64,000 nucleotides of DNA from assembly GCA_963777505.1 (NCBI GenBank), contig CAVZQN010000004.1, positions 32,001-96,000 on the forward strand. Direction: 5' to 3'. Positions 49,472 to 61,072 of this stretch are shown here, one piece after another. The notes beneath the pieces are model-generated. The model was not told the origin of the DNA. It saw nothing but the letters and a program-made list of their open reading frames with translations, and ran no database searches. The stretch is from an uncultured bacterium. Lineage in GTDB: Bacteria; Acidobacteriota; HRBIN11; JAKEFK01. The number at the start of each line of letters is the position of its first letter. Position 1 is the first letter of the stretch. Made by a program: the position numbers and the translations under genes.

Positions 49472-51082
49472 ATGAACGCTGTCAAGAAAGCCAATGGGGC
49501 GGAAGAAGGCTTAAAACTCGCTGCAATTGATATCGGTACTAACTCCATTCACATGGTAATTGTGCGAGTGGGTGAGCACCGCATTTTCGAAATCATTGAT
49601 CGTGAAAAGGAAATGGTTCAGCTTGGCAAAGGCAGCTTAATGCGGGGAAGGCTGACACAAGAGGCGATTGATCGCGGTTTAGCTGCGTTGAAGGCATTCC
49701 GTCAAATAGCGGACTCCCACAAAGTCGATCAGATCATTTGTACAGCTACAAGTGCTGTCCGTGAATCTTCCAATGGAAAAGATTTTGTGCGGATGGTGAA
49801 ACAAGAAACAGGAATTGAAATCCGCATTTTATCAGGCACAGAAGAAGCGCGGATGATCATGCTGGCTGTGCGCGATGTTGTAGATCTCAGCAATCAGCGT
49901 TCACTTGTTGTAGATATCGGCGGCGGAAGCATGGAACTTATCGTTGCAGATGCCCGCAACATTTTCCTGGCTATAAGCATTAAATCAGGTGTCATCCGGC
50001 TTACTGAAAGATTTATGAATAGCGATCCTCCATCTTCAAGAGATTTGAAAGCATTGAAGAAATGGTTGGATAGAAAAATAGCTCCCTTGAGCCGAAGAAT
50101 TCAAGATTTGCGTCCGCAAATTGCAATCGGTACATCAGGCACAATGCTAGCTCTTCGCGAACTCATTAAGCAGAATATAAAAGTAAAGAAAACAAAAGAG
50201 CGTGATGTGATGACGATTGAAGAAGTCGAAGAAATCAATGAGAAATTGCAAAAATCTTCGCTTCAAGAACGTTTGAAAATGCCTGGTATGGATCCGAAGC
50301 GTGTGGATCAAATTGTTGCAGGCGGCGCTCTCATAGAAATGATGATGGAAAAGTGCAGGGTAAATGAAATCTTGCTTTGTGATCGAGCTTTGCGTGAAGG
50401 GTTGATCGCAGATTATTTAATCAAGCTCAATCCCGCTGCGCCTTCAAAAATTCAAGCTCGTGAGTTGAGAAGCAAAAGCGTCTTGAATCTTCTTCACCGA
50501 TGGGAAATTGATCAGGGTCATGCAAACCATTCAGCACAACTAGCACTTCAGCTTTATGATGCCCTGGCTGAATATCATAAACATGGTCCACATGTGCGTG
50601 AATTGATGGAATATATCGCGCTTCTTCATGACATCGGACGTGTCATTTCTTATCCGCGCCATCAAAGACATGGGTGGTACATTGTAAAACAATCCAATCT
50701 CATCGGATTTAAGCCGAATGAGATTGATATTATTGCAGCCGCGATTGCATATCATCGTGGAAAAAAGCCGCGTAAGAAAGATCGTTACATGGAGAACTTA
50801 GGACGTAAAGAGCGCAGAATTGTAAAATTGCTGACAGGTATTTTGCGTGTTTCCGATGGGATGGATCGCCAGCACAATCAATCTATCGTCCGGATTGAAG
50901 CGAAACGGGAAGGCCCCAATCATCTTGCAATTATGCTGTATTCGAATCAGCCTGCATTGATTCCTCTTCGTGCGGCAGTCGAACGCTCCGATTTACTTCA
51001 AAGAATGCTGGACTTACGGCAAATCGAATTTCGAGTGGAATCTACAACTCAGGTTGCTCAAATGCGCACCAGCGCCGACTAG
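49472..51082 (+). CDS. ppx: Exopolyphosphatase / pppGpp phosphatase Ppx/GppA with HD domain
   Basis: AAIDIGTNSIH, ATSAVRE, DIGGGSME, ALREG, LLHDIG. Confidence 0.95.
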   Translation: MNAVKKANGAEEGLKLAAIDIGTNSIHMVIVRVGEHRIFEIIDREKEMVQLGKGSLMRGRLTQEAIDRGLAALKAFRQIADSHKVDQIICTATSAVRESSNGKDFVRMVKQETGIEIRILSGTEEARMIMLAVRDVVDLSNQRSLVVDIGGGSMELIVADARNIFLAISIKSGVIRLTERFMNSDPPSSRDLKALKKWLDRKIAPLSRRIQDLRPQIAIGTSGTMLALRELIKQNIKVKKTKERDVMTIEEVEEINEKLQKSSLQERLKMPGMDPKRVDQIVAGGALIEMMMEKCRVNEILLCDRALREGLIADYLIKLNPAAPSKIQARELRSKSVLNLLHRWEIDQGHANHSAQLALQLYDALAEYHKHGPHVRELMEYIALLHDIGRVISYPRHQRHGWYIVKQSNLIGFKPNEIDIIAAAIAYHRGKKPRKKDRYMENLGRKERRIVKLLTGILRVSDGMDRQHNQSIVRIEAKREGPNHLAIMLYSNQPALIPLRAAVERSDLLQRMLDLRQIEFRVESTTQVAQMRTSAD

Positions 51083-51094
51083 GATTTTGCGTCT

Positions 51095-51583
51095 TTACTT
51101 CATTAGCCGGAGCACTTGCGGTGTCAGGTGAAAGATCAATGTACCTGACTTACGTGCGGGGCTGCTTACATCGATACGACAGATCGCGCCTTTCTTGAAT
51201 TGAATCTCCATCGATCCAGACCCTTCCAATAAATAGGATGTAAGGACAGAGCAATTCGGTTCGTGGCCCACAAGCATCACGCTATCTAATTTTTTCAGGC
51301 CATGCAATTTGGAACAGACTTGTTCAGGCGAATAGCCTGGCGATAATTCCACTAATTCTTCAACTTTGCCATCAAGCGCTTTTGCAAGAATTTCTGCAGT
51401 TTGTTTGGCTCGTACTAATGGGCTTGAAAAAATTCTATCGATTGAATAATCCAGACGTGCAAAGCCTGAAGCGGCCTCTTTCATTTTTTGACGCCCTTCT
51501 TCTGTTAAAGCGCGAGCAGCGTCGCCTCCTCCTTTCGAAGGGGCATCCTCTGCAATTCCATGACGAACAATATAGATTTCCAT
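51095..51583 (-). CDS. sixA: Phosphohistidine phosphatase SixA
   Basis: RHGIA, SSPLVRAKQTA, VGHEP. Confidence 0.92.
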   Translation of the reverse strand: MEIYIVRHGIAEDAPSKGGGDAARALTEEGRQKMKEAASGFARLDYSIDRIFSSPLVRAKQTAEILAKALDGKVEELVELSPGYSPEQVCSKLHGLKKLDSVMLVGHEPNCSVLTSYLLEGSGSMEIQFKKGAICRIDVSSPARKSGTLIFHLTPQVLRLMK

Positions 51584-51617
51584 ATTGATATTATTTCACA
51601 GTTTGGTTGATTGCCGG

Positions 51618-51751
51618 CGAGACAGTCCGAAGACGCAAGAATAGTTAGTGTTTGCAGTTTGCAGCGCTGGCCTCTGGCCGGCAAGCTTGAGCTAAAATTG
51701 TGATTTAGCCGGCGAGAACGCCAGCGTTACAAAGCGTTTCGGACAGTCTCG
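51618..51751. repeat. Nested inverted-repeat element (outer IR around a REP doublet)
   Basis: Outer CGAGACAGTCCGAAGACGC / GCGTTTCGGACAGTCTCG; inner TTGCAGCGCTGGCCTCTGGCCGGC / GCCGGCGAGAACGCCAGCGTTACAA. Confidence 0.75.
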
Positions 51752-51756
51752 GGAGC

Positions 51757-53424
51757 TTACTCGCTCCTTGGAGGTAATGGTTTGGGCATCGGTTTGCGCG
51801 GCAACAAATCATCTCTATTTGCAGCATGATATACAACAGATGCAATTACTGCAGAAGCCTGCATCAAATCTGCCGATTGAATATGTTCGTACGAATCAAT
51901 ATTGCTGTGGTGTGTGCGCTTACTGTATTCCGCTTCATCTTGAATGAATTGAAATCCTGGAATGCCTACTGCATCAAAAGACAAATGATCTGTCCCGCTC
52001 GTATATCGGATCGTTATTGTTGAAACACCTAAATCCTCAAAGGGATTAAACCATTTAGCAAATATAGGTCGCATCATATCGTTTCCCTGTAAATAAACAC
52101 CTCGAATTTTTCCTGTACCGTTGTCGAGATTGAAGTAGCCAGAGATTTTTGAATGAGTGGGCTGAGGTTTCATTGTCACAGGATCTGCAAAATTCTTCTC
52201 AACGTAACGGCGCGATCCATACAAAGCTTGTTCTTCGCCATCCCATAATGCTAAGCGAACGGTTCGATCCAAAGGCAAATTCAAATTCTTCAAAATGCGC
52301 ATAACTTCAAGCATGACTGCACAACCGGCTGCATTATCGGTAGCTCCTGTCGCAGAATGCCAGGAATCAAGATGAGCACCGATCATTACAAGTTCATCTT
52401 TTTTCTTACCACCGGGGATTTCAGCGATTACATTCATCCCATCGACCGGTTTTTCAGGCATTGAAACTTGAAGATCAAGTTCCAATTCTACAGGTGTCTT
52501 TTTTTCAATGAGGCGGATCATTCTTGTATATTGTTCGGGTTCAAGTGCGAACATTGGCGGACCTAATGGCGCATTTGAATGCCACGAACTTCCTTCCTGC
52601 GCATACAAAGTGCCACCAATCCCACGTTTTGAAGCAGTTAACATTGCAATGACTCCTTCACGAGCCAACAATGCATTGAACTGATCAATACTTCTTTGTT
52701 GTTCCTCCCATAACTCACCTTCTATTGCCAGCGGAAGAGAGTCCATCAGTTCATCACGTTTTTTTTCATCTTCCGGTAATGTCAGAATCGGCCATTTAAA
52801 AGATGGCCAAACAAAAGGTTCCGGAGCATCTCCCATTTCAGAAAGTTCTTTTTCGGAATACCGTTGAAATGGTGCTTCGGTGAATGGAGTCAGTTCTCTT
52901 GGAGGATCCACCAGAACGATCTTTCCTTGCAACTGGCCTTTGTACTTCGATTCGTATTCCTTCACTTTTTCTCGCAACCTTGTAGGATCTGTTTTAATCC
53001 AATCTTCCCAGGGCTGCAAAAAAGGAGCATAAATGACATCACCTTTTACCGCTCCCGAAGTTGATGGAGACCAAGCGAGTGGGAATGCAAGCAGCGGAGC
53101 GTAAGAAGGCTTGATAATATGCGCCGAAAGTCTTTGAAGAGACCAGCTGCGTCCAAATTCACCCCACGAATCAAGCCGCGCATTTGTGATGCCCCATTCT
53201 TTCAACTGATTTACTGACCATTCCGCAGCTTTTCTATATTGAGGCGATCCGGATAGCCGTGGACCATTGATGTCCGTTAAATAAAAAAGATGATCCATAA
53301 CTTTTCCATTCCGAAAGGCTTCATCTTTTATCTTATGAACCGTAACTAAATCGACATCATCCTCGGAGATCGCATTTGAGGCGGTTAAGACAAGCAAAAA
53401 AAGCAGGAAGGAATACTTTTTCAC
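51757..53424 (-). CDS. M28 family metallopeptidase, secreted
   Basis: SD AAGGAG then GTG at 53424; GAHLDSWH, GATDNAAG, GEEQ, NLDNG, GTDH, HHSN. Confidence 0.92.
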   Translation of the reverse strand: MKKYSFLLFLLVLTASNAISEDDVDLVTVHKIKDEAFRNGKVMDHLFYLTDINGPRLSGSPQYRKAAEWSVNQLKEWGITNARLDSWGEFGRSWSLQRLSAHIIKPSYAPLLAFPLAWSPSTSGAVKGDVIYAPFLQPWEDWIKTDPTRLREKVKEYESKYKGQLQGKIVLVDPPRELTPFTEAPFQRYSEKELSEMGDAPEPFVWPSFKWPILTLPEDEKKRDELMDSLPLAIEGELWEEQQRSIDQFNALLAREGVIAMLTASKRGIGGTLYAQEGSSWHSNAPLGPPMFALEPEQYTRMIRLIEKKTPVELELDLQVSMPEKPVDGMNVIAEIPGGKKKDELVMIGAHLDSWHSATGATDNAAGCAVMLEVMRILKNLNLPLDRTVRLALWDGEEQALYGSRRYVEKNFADPVTMKPQPTHSKISGYFNLDNGTGKIRGVYLQGNDMMRPIFAKWFNPFEDLGVSTITIRYTSGTDHLSFDAVGIPGFQFIQDEAEYSKRTHHSNIDSYEHIQSADLMQASAVIASVVYHAANRDDLLPRKPMPKPLPPRSE

Positions 53425-53502
53425 GGTGTTGGCTCCTTGTTTGATTGTTGCATGACGATTGCATACAGGCAATGTCCTCCGAATCTGCTATGGTAAAAGA
53501 GA

Positions 53503-55671
53503 ATGTCTTGGTACATGGGGTTAGGCGACCTAGTCCGCAATCCACAACTGTTATTGGTAACTCTTATTGTATTGCTGACTTTGTTCTTCGGTATTTTGAC
53601 TTTATTGAAGCCTCTTCGCAATTCTGAAAATCATAAAATCACACTAGGCCTTGCCCTTCTCTTTGGAATTGGGCTCTGCTCCTATTTTGCTCCTGGAGAT
53701 GTTGGCGGCGGGGATAGTCATTCTCATATCGCACGGACCTGGTTGTTCAGCAACATACTGAGTGAGGAGCATCATTTTCCGATTTGGTCCAATCGTTGGT
53801 ATTTCGGTTATCCGTCAGAACTATATTACGGATTTTTTTATTATCAGATTTCCGCACTGATTAGTTTTGCTTTTAACAATGATGTATTTCTGGGAACAAA
53901 AATCACTTTATGGGTTTGTCATGTATTGTCCGGATTTTTTATGTTTCTGTTCATTCGAATGCGGACGAGAAGCGGAATTTGTGCACTATTTGGTGCTGTA
54001 TTTTACGTTTTTTCCTTTCAGCATATTGGGCTGATGTTATATTCAGGCTACTTAACTTTAAGCCTAATTTTTCTATTGACACCAATTTTCTTTATCTACT
54101 TTGAACTTCACAACCAACATCGATTGTCGACTCTGAGCGCGGCTTTTTCAGCGGCATTGATCCTATTTTTGATGCTTATCACGCACGTTCAATACGGCCT
54201 TCTGGCGTCATTTGGAAGCCTTCTGGCAGTTTTCATATATCTACTTTTTGATACAAAACGGCGTAGAGATCGCACTGTTTTTTTACTTTCTACGATTCTC
54301 ATTTTTTCACTGTTATCGTTATGGTTTATCGTTCCGTTTTTTACGGACTCTAGCAATCTTGTTTTGTCTTCTTGGAATTCTGCGGAAGAAATTGAAGATT
54401 TGTCATGGAATCGACTGCTCCAATTTAATAACTTTGTTCTTTGGTCCCGCGTCAAAAATTCCTGGATGTATTACTACCTGGGCATAACAACCCTCGTATT
54501 TGCATTCATTGGACTCTTCAGCAGAAACGACGATCGATTATTAAAAAGCTGTAAAGTCTTATTTGTGTTTGGGGTCTTCATGACCTTCTTGATTCCCAGA
54601 TATGTTTTTCTATGGTTCTTTTTTATTTGTGTGATGTCGGCATATGGCATTTTAAGATTCGAAGAGTATCTAAAAAATCGGCCCCTCAGGCACCAGAAAT
54701 TCGCTTACATTTTTCTTGCTGCAGCGGTGACATTAGATCTCGGACTTGCAGCCGTTCAGACTCCATTCAATAAATTCTCAAACCTTGACATAGCTGAAAT
54801 ACAAAAGGAAATGACTGATCGAGGTGAGCTTGGAAGAATTCTTGTACTGTCGAAAAACCAGAATCAAACTCTGTGGCGTAGTTTGGATGTTATTGGCACG
54901 AATGCATCGTCCGCTTTTGGAGGGATTCCACAGTCTGCAACGAAGAATTATCCGTATGTCACGGCAATGGCCGCGAAAGCAGCAAAAGAAATTCTGGATA
55001 ATGAAGGCTCAATGTCGCAAGAAACGTATGATGCATTCCGTTTACTCAATATTAAGCGTGTGTTTGTACCATCAATGTCAAAAACCATAAAAATTGCAGG
55101 AGCCTATCCTGCCTGGTTTTCGACTCGTTTGATAAGAAATACCACTGATACAGCGGTTCTTGATAAACAGTCATGGGATTCACTTCGGCCAAAGTACGAC
55201 GATCGATCTCTTGATTATTCAATCACGACTGCATTTACAAAAAAGATGAAATTAGATCCTTCTTTACCTTTAGCAGAAAATATAGTTCTCCATTCCTCTT
55301 ATTCGCAGGACGTCATTTCAAAATTAAACACAACTTCGGACGGAGAGTCCGTTTCATTTGAAATCAATAATGCAAAAGAGACACATTCTTCCTTCGATAT
55401 TGAATTCAAGAGTTCATCGCCAGGTTATCTTCACCTTTCTTACTCATACTTTCCTTTTAACCGTGTAGAAGTAGACGGTCAAGAGACGAAAGCTTATCGA
55501 TCCGCTGAGCACTTTACGGTTGTACAAATTCCATCAGGAAAACATAAGCTCACAATAACAGCGCATATATCGAAAACACGGCACATACTGATTTATGTTG
55601 CGCTGATCCTGGCTATCGTATTGAGCTTCGTATCGATCTTCAAAGCCTACAAAACAGATGTAAGAAATTAA
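53503..55671 (+). CDS. Polytopic membrane protein, PTPS-related/YfhO-like GT-C glycosyltransferase
   Basis: DSHSH..R, WSNRWYFGYPSELYYG, more than 10 TM segments, YfhO-like C-terminal SYFP..VDG. Confidence 0.75.
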   Translation: MSWYMGLGDLVRNPQLLLVTLIVLLTLFFGILTLLKPLRNSENHKITLGLALLFGIGLCSYFAPGDVGGGDSHSHIARTWLFSNILSEEHHFPIWSNRWYFGYPSELYYGFFYYQISALISFAFNNDVFLGTKITLWVCHVLSGFFMFLFIRMRTRSGICALFGAVFYVFSFQHIGLMLYSGYLTLSLIFLLTPIFFIYFELHNQHRLSTLSAAFSAALILFLMLITHVQYGLLASFGSLLAVFIYLLFDTKRRRDRTVFLLSTILIFSLLSLWFIVPFFTDSSNLVLSSWNSAEEIEDLSWNRLLQFNNFVLWSRVKNSWMYYYLGITTLVFAFIGLFSRNDDRLLKSCKVLFVFGVFMTFLIPRYVFLWFFFICVMSAYGILRFEEYLKNRPLRHQKFAYIFLAAAVTLDLGLAAVQTPFNKFSNLDIAEIQKEMTDRGELGRILVLSKNQNQTLWRSLDVIGTNASSAFGGIPQSATKNYPYVTAMAAKAAKEILDNEGSMSQETYDAFRLLNIKRVFVPSMSKTIKIAGAYPAWFSTRLIRNTTDTAVLDKQSWDSLRPKYDDRSLDYSITTAFTKKMKLDPSLPLAENIVLHSSYSQDVISKLNTTSDGESVSFEINNAKETHSSFDIEFKSSSPGYLHLSYSYFPFNRVEVDGQETKAYRSAEHFTVVQIPSGKHKLTITAHISKTRHILIYVALILAIVLSFVSIFKAYKTDVRN

Positions 55672-55725
55672 TTCACGCGGAAAAAACCGCAAATTTCTCG
55701 AGTAGAAATATCGAAGAAATAGTTC

Positions 55726-55863
55726 TTGACAACTTTGGAAAATGACCTATTATAGGTCCTGCTGCAAATCCTGCAGAAATTGCAAATAGGCCATAAAGAT
55801 CCCCCAAAAGATCTTTTGAATTTGCAAAGGGCTATTGACAGTCTCGATGTCATAGCGTACACT
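55726..55863 (+). promoter_or_regulatory. Tandem rrn promoters P1/P2
   Basis: TTGACA-16-TATTAT (55726-55753) and TTGACA-17-TACACT (55835-55863); boxA-like TGATCTTTGAAAA near 55960. Confidence 0.8.
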
Positions 55864-56076
55864 ACGAAATTGTCCCTACCGCAAAATTGGGTTTGGGAAA
55901 GTTGTCTCTGAAAAGAAAATCCAACAACTTTTTTTGGGGTTGAATTTTCTTCTGAGAATTGATCTTTGAAAAATGAACAGTGCCAACGATGAGTGAGGGC
56001 ACTCAAGAAGTTTCTTGAATTAGCCTGACTTCTGCGTAAAGCAGAAAACAGGATTAGTTCTTTAGTTGATTAAGTT

Positions 56077-57636
<1,560 letters not shown>

Positions 57637-57776
57637 TTAGGGAGAACCGAATTCATATCACTTCGGTGATTTAATGAATTCCAGGTTGATTTACTTCGGT
57701 AAATCATCCCTCAAAAGTTTTATGTGTCCCTTGCAAATTGAAAGCACTGTTCATCTTTGAGAGATTCAAAAATTAT

Positions 57777-57850
57777 TATCTAGACGTGGCGCAATACCAC
57801 GGTTTAGAAAGAAGGCCAGGGATCATCCTAATTCCTGGCCTTTTTTGATT
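57777..57850 (+). terminator. 16S trailer hairpin plus intrinsic terminator (repeat copy 1)
   Basis: TCTAGACGTGG-CGCAATA-CCACGGTTTAGA hairpin, then AAGGCCAGG-GATCATCCTAATT-CCTGGCCTTTTTT. Confidence 0.8.
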
Positions 57851-57949
57851 ACCGCAGAGACTCTGAGTCTTTGCGGTTAAGATCCAAATTTTCTCTTGCT
57901 CCCAACTTCGCATTTGGAGTCCTTCCAATCTGTAGCTAGAATTAGAGAC

Positions 57950-59464
57950 ATGTATCGACCTATCTTATTGGTTCTTAGTTTCTTTTTCTTACTAACTCTT
58001 GATGCAACTGCTGCAGAAAAACGGTTCTTCATTGAATTTGATCGTGTAGACGTTGCGGCTGAAAATAGTGTTCGTGAAGTAGGAGGCCGGATCGTCCATC
58101 GTTTTTCCGAATACCGTGTTGTTTCAGCATGGTTGTCTGAAGCAGGTCTTGAAAGAATGAAGGGTAATCCATATGTAAGAAAGATCGAACCGGATCCGGA
58201 ACGTTATCCAATGGCTGAATCGATCCCCTATGGTCTTTCCCTGGTGCAAGCCGATCTGTTGAGTGATCAATTTTCTGGAAACCGGAAGGTTTGTATCGTT
58301 GATTCTGGTTTTCAACAAGCACATGAAGATCTTCAAAACTCGCGGCTCGCAGGTATAAGCCTTGGAGATTATGGTAAGCCTCTTGAAGATCGATGCGGAC
58401 ATGGAAGTCATGTCGCGGGAATTATTGCGGCTCTGGACAACGAGGTTGGTGTGCTTGGAGTGTTGCCAGGCAATCGTCTCAAAATTCATGTCGTCAAGGT
58501 ATTTAACAATGATTGCGAGATGACTTTTGCTTCAGATCTAACGAATGCAATTCGAGTTTGTCGCAATGCCGGAGCTAATGTCATCAACATGAGCCTGGGC
58601 GGCCCGTCATCCAGTTCGTTCGAAAGGACTGCTTTTGAAGATGCAAATAGAGCAGGCATCCTTTCAGTTGCAGCAGCAGGAAATGAAGGGGATACCAGTT
58701 TTTCTTATCCGGCTTCTTATGATGCTGTTATTTCAGTGGCGGCGATCAACTCAAAGCGAACCCTGGCTTCCTTTTCTCAGAGAAATAATCAAGTAGACTT
58801 AGCGGCGCCGGGAGTAGATGTTCTTTCCACCGTTTCATACATTGAGACGAACTCAGCAACGGTTGATACCAAAGCGTATCGCGGCAACTGGATTGAAAAT
58901 GCGGCTCGTTCAGCAGGAGTTACCGGTCCATTAGTGAATGGTGCATTGTGTAAGTCACCGTCACCTGCATGGAGAGGAAACGTTGTTTTGTGCAGACGTG
59001 GCGAGATCACATTTCAGAACAAAGTTGAAAATGTACAATCCAGCGGTGGGCTTGCAGCGATTATCTTTAACAATGCGCCAGGAAATTTCAGCGGAACGTT
59101 AGGAGATGGTAGCCGATCAAACATTCCCGCGATCAGTTTGAGCCGGATTGATGGAGCCTTTTTGCTGGCAAATAAGTTAAGAAAGGAAGTGAAAGTAATT
59201 AGTCAGCATAGACAACCTGCCAACGGATATGAATTGCTAAGCGGAACTTCCATGGCCTCGCCGCATGTAGCTGGAATTGCAGCACTCATATGGAGTCACA
59301 ATCCGCAATGGACCAATGAACAGATCCGGCAAGCACTGCAAACCACTGCGCGAGATTTGGGGCCACCAGGCAGAGACAATTCCTTCGGTTTCGGGCTTCC
59401 TCAGGCTCAGGCTGCACTCGATTGGCTCCGAGCCCAAAGTGCCTCATTGTCGAAGAACGATTAA
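57950..59464 (+). CDS. S8 subtilisin-like protease with propeptide and PA domain
   Basis: IVDSG, HGSHVAG, AAAGN, GTSMASPHVAG; PA insert CRRGEITFQNKV. Confidence 0.95.
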   Translation: MYRPILLVLSFFFLLTLDATAAEKRFFIEFDRVDVAAENSVREVGGRIVHRFSEYRVVSAWLSEAGLERMKGNPYVRKIEPDPERYPMAESIPYGLSLVQADLLSDQFSGNRKVCIVDSGFQQAHEDLQNSRLAGISLGDYGKPLEDRCGHGSHVAGIIAALDNEVGVLGVLPGNRLKIHVVKVFNNDCEMTFASDLTNAIRVCRNAGANVINMSLGGPSSSSFERTAFEDANRAGILSVAAAGNEGDTSFSYPASYDAVISVAAINSKRTLASFSQRNNQVDLAAPGVDVLSTVSYIETNSATVDTKAYRGNWIENAARSAGVTGPLVNGALCKSPSPAWRGNVVLCRRGEITFQNKVENVQSSGGLAAIIFNNAPGNFSGTLGDGSRSNIPAISLSRIDGAFLLANKLRKEVKVISQHRQPANGYELLSGTSMASPHVAGIAALIWSHNPQWTNEQIRQALQTTARDLGPPGRDNSFGFGLPQAQAALDWLRAQSASLSKND

Positions 59465-59554
59465 CTGACAGGCAGCAATTCTCTCGAAGCGAAGATTTCT
59501 CTAAAGTACGTCGACTCACATTGTGAAACGTCTGTATTAAGCAGGAGAAATAAC

Positions 59555-60172
59555 ATGAGCGATCTTAAAGGTATTAGCGGTAGTTCTGCAGCGCATTTTT
59601 CCGGATCCCATTCTTCTCAAGATCGAGTAACAACCGTAAAAGTAGGTGAAAATACTTTAGCCGATGTAGCCAGACGTTTGGGTAATGGAGTTACGGAAGA
59701 AGCCTTACGTAAGGAAAATCCTCACATTAAGAATTCTGTTCTACCCGGTCAAGACATTCGTCTGCCTCCCCGAGATGAAATTAAGTCATCAAAACCAAAG
59801 AAAGAGGAAACGGTATCCGAACCTAAAAACGAAGAGCCTACAGAACCAAGGAAAACTCAGCCTAAAAAGGACACAGTCAATGTTCGGGAGGGCAGAGTGG
59901 GTGATTACAAAGTTCGGCCCACAGTTGTGCCAGCAACTGATGATACCTATGATCGTGGCGGAACCAACTCAAACCGTAAGGACGATCAATCGAGGTTGGA
60001 TCGTTCCAGACCAAGAGACGAACGAGATCTCGATCCAAGGGTAATTGAAGCAGATAAAAAGAAAAAAATTGAAGAAAGCGCAAAGCATGTAGATCGTGGG
60101 CGAATTGATCCGGCAAAAGTTGAACAAGAAAAAGAACTGATCAGACAATTAGGAAAAAAAGTACAGAAATAA
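59555..60172 (+). CDS. LysM-domain protein with a charged disordered tail and no Sec signal
   Basis: SD AGGAG; VKVGENTLADVARRLG...LRKENPHI..VLPGQDIRLP. Confidence 0.8.
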   Translation: MSDLKGISGSSAAHFSGSHSSQDRVTTVKVGENTLADVARRLGNGVTEEALRKENPHIKNSVLPGQDIRLPPRDEIKSSKPKKEETVSEPKNEEPTEPRKTQPKKDTVNVREGRVGDYKVRPTVVPATDDTYDRGGTNSNRKDDQSRLDRSRPRDERDLDPRVIEADKKKKIEESAKHVDRGRIDPAKVEQEKELIRQLGKKVQK

Positions 60173-60213
60173 AACCAATTGAGTAGTCTTTTTTGAGAAA
60201 TTAAAAAAAATCA

Positions 60214-60287
60214 TATCTAGATGTGGCGCAATACCAGGGTTTAGAAGGAAGGCCAGGGAATCATCCTAATTCCTGGCCTTTTTGATT
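60214..60287 (+). repeat. Near-identical copy of the 16S trailer hairpin and terminator (copy 2)
   Basis: TATCTAGATGTGGCGCAATACCAGGGTTTAGAAGGAAGGCCAGGGAATCATCCTAATTCCTGGCCTTTTTGATT. Confidence 0.9.
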
Positions 60288-60307
60288 CTGAAGCGAGTCA
60301 TAGACTC

Positions 60308-60895
60308 TTACCCCATTGCTTCCCTATTGATCTTCGTTTGCAATTGCTCCGTCAATTGTTGCTCGCAACCGCCGAACTTAAGAAAAACCGACTCATTCAC
60401 CTGCTCCATTTGAAGTTTGTTCTGATTTTCAAAATTGTTGCTTTCAGCTTTTTTGTCCTCGGCTTCGCCAAGTTTAACTTTGATTTTAGTATTTAATTCA
60501 GCCGCCCGTTTAGCAGCAGTCTCCGCAGTTTGAAGATCAATTTGAGTCAGACTGTCCACTGTTCTCTCCTGGACTGAATGAAGACGGAAGTTCGATTTAA
60601 CCCAAGTTTTTAGGTCTTTTGCAATCCCAATTTGATCTTCGATTCTCACTTTCGATTGAATGAAGTTGTTCACGTTGTTTTCTGTTAAAAGCTCTTTCTT
60701 AACTTTTGCTGCTGACGGAGGTAGAACAAGAGCCTTATCCAAAAACTCTGAAGATTTTGGTTTTTCGAATTCCGTATTTTGCGTTGCTGGAATCAAATTT
60801 TTCGATGCAATGTCCACCTTTTCATTCTTTGACACTTGTTCAGTAATGTTTTGGGAAAATAGATTTTGACTTCCAATTCGGTTAATGCTGGTCAT
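60308..60895 (-). CDS. Hypothetical protein
   Basis: SD GGAGG; 195 aa with N-terminus MTSINRIGSQN. Confidence 0.75.
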   Translation of the reverse strand: MTSINRIGSQNLFSQNITEQVSKNEKVDIASKNLIPATQNTEFEKPKSSEFLDKALVLPPSAAKVKKELLTENNVNNFIQSKVRIEDQIGIAKDLKTWVKSNFRLHSVQERTVDSLTQIDLQTAETAAKRAAELNTKIKVKLGEAEDKKAESNNFENQNKLQMEQVNESVFLKFGGCEQQLTEQLQTKINREAMG

Positions 60896-60921
60896 TTTTA
60901 GTTTCCTCCAAACAACAGCTA

Positions 60922-60938
60922 AGCAACATTTATACCAG
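60922..60938 (-). promoter_or_regulatory. Sigma-54 (-24/-12) promoter candidate
   Basis: Minus strand CTGGTATAAATGTTGCT has the GG-N10-GC spacing of YTGGCACGRNNNTTGCW. Confidence 0.6.
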
Positions 60939-61072
60939 TCAGAAAATCAATCCTGTAGTTTTCAGGGGAGTGGAATATCCGACAGGAATGTCTGAAATGA
61001 TAGATTTTGTGGCGGCTGGGATTGGCAGAATTGCCACTTGTTTTGCATTTATGCGAAAGTCCCGGAATGATA

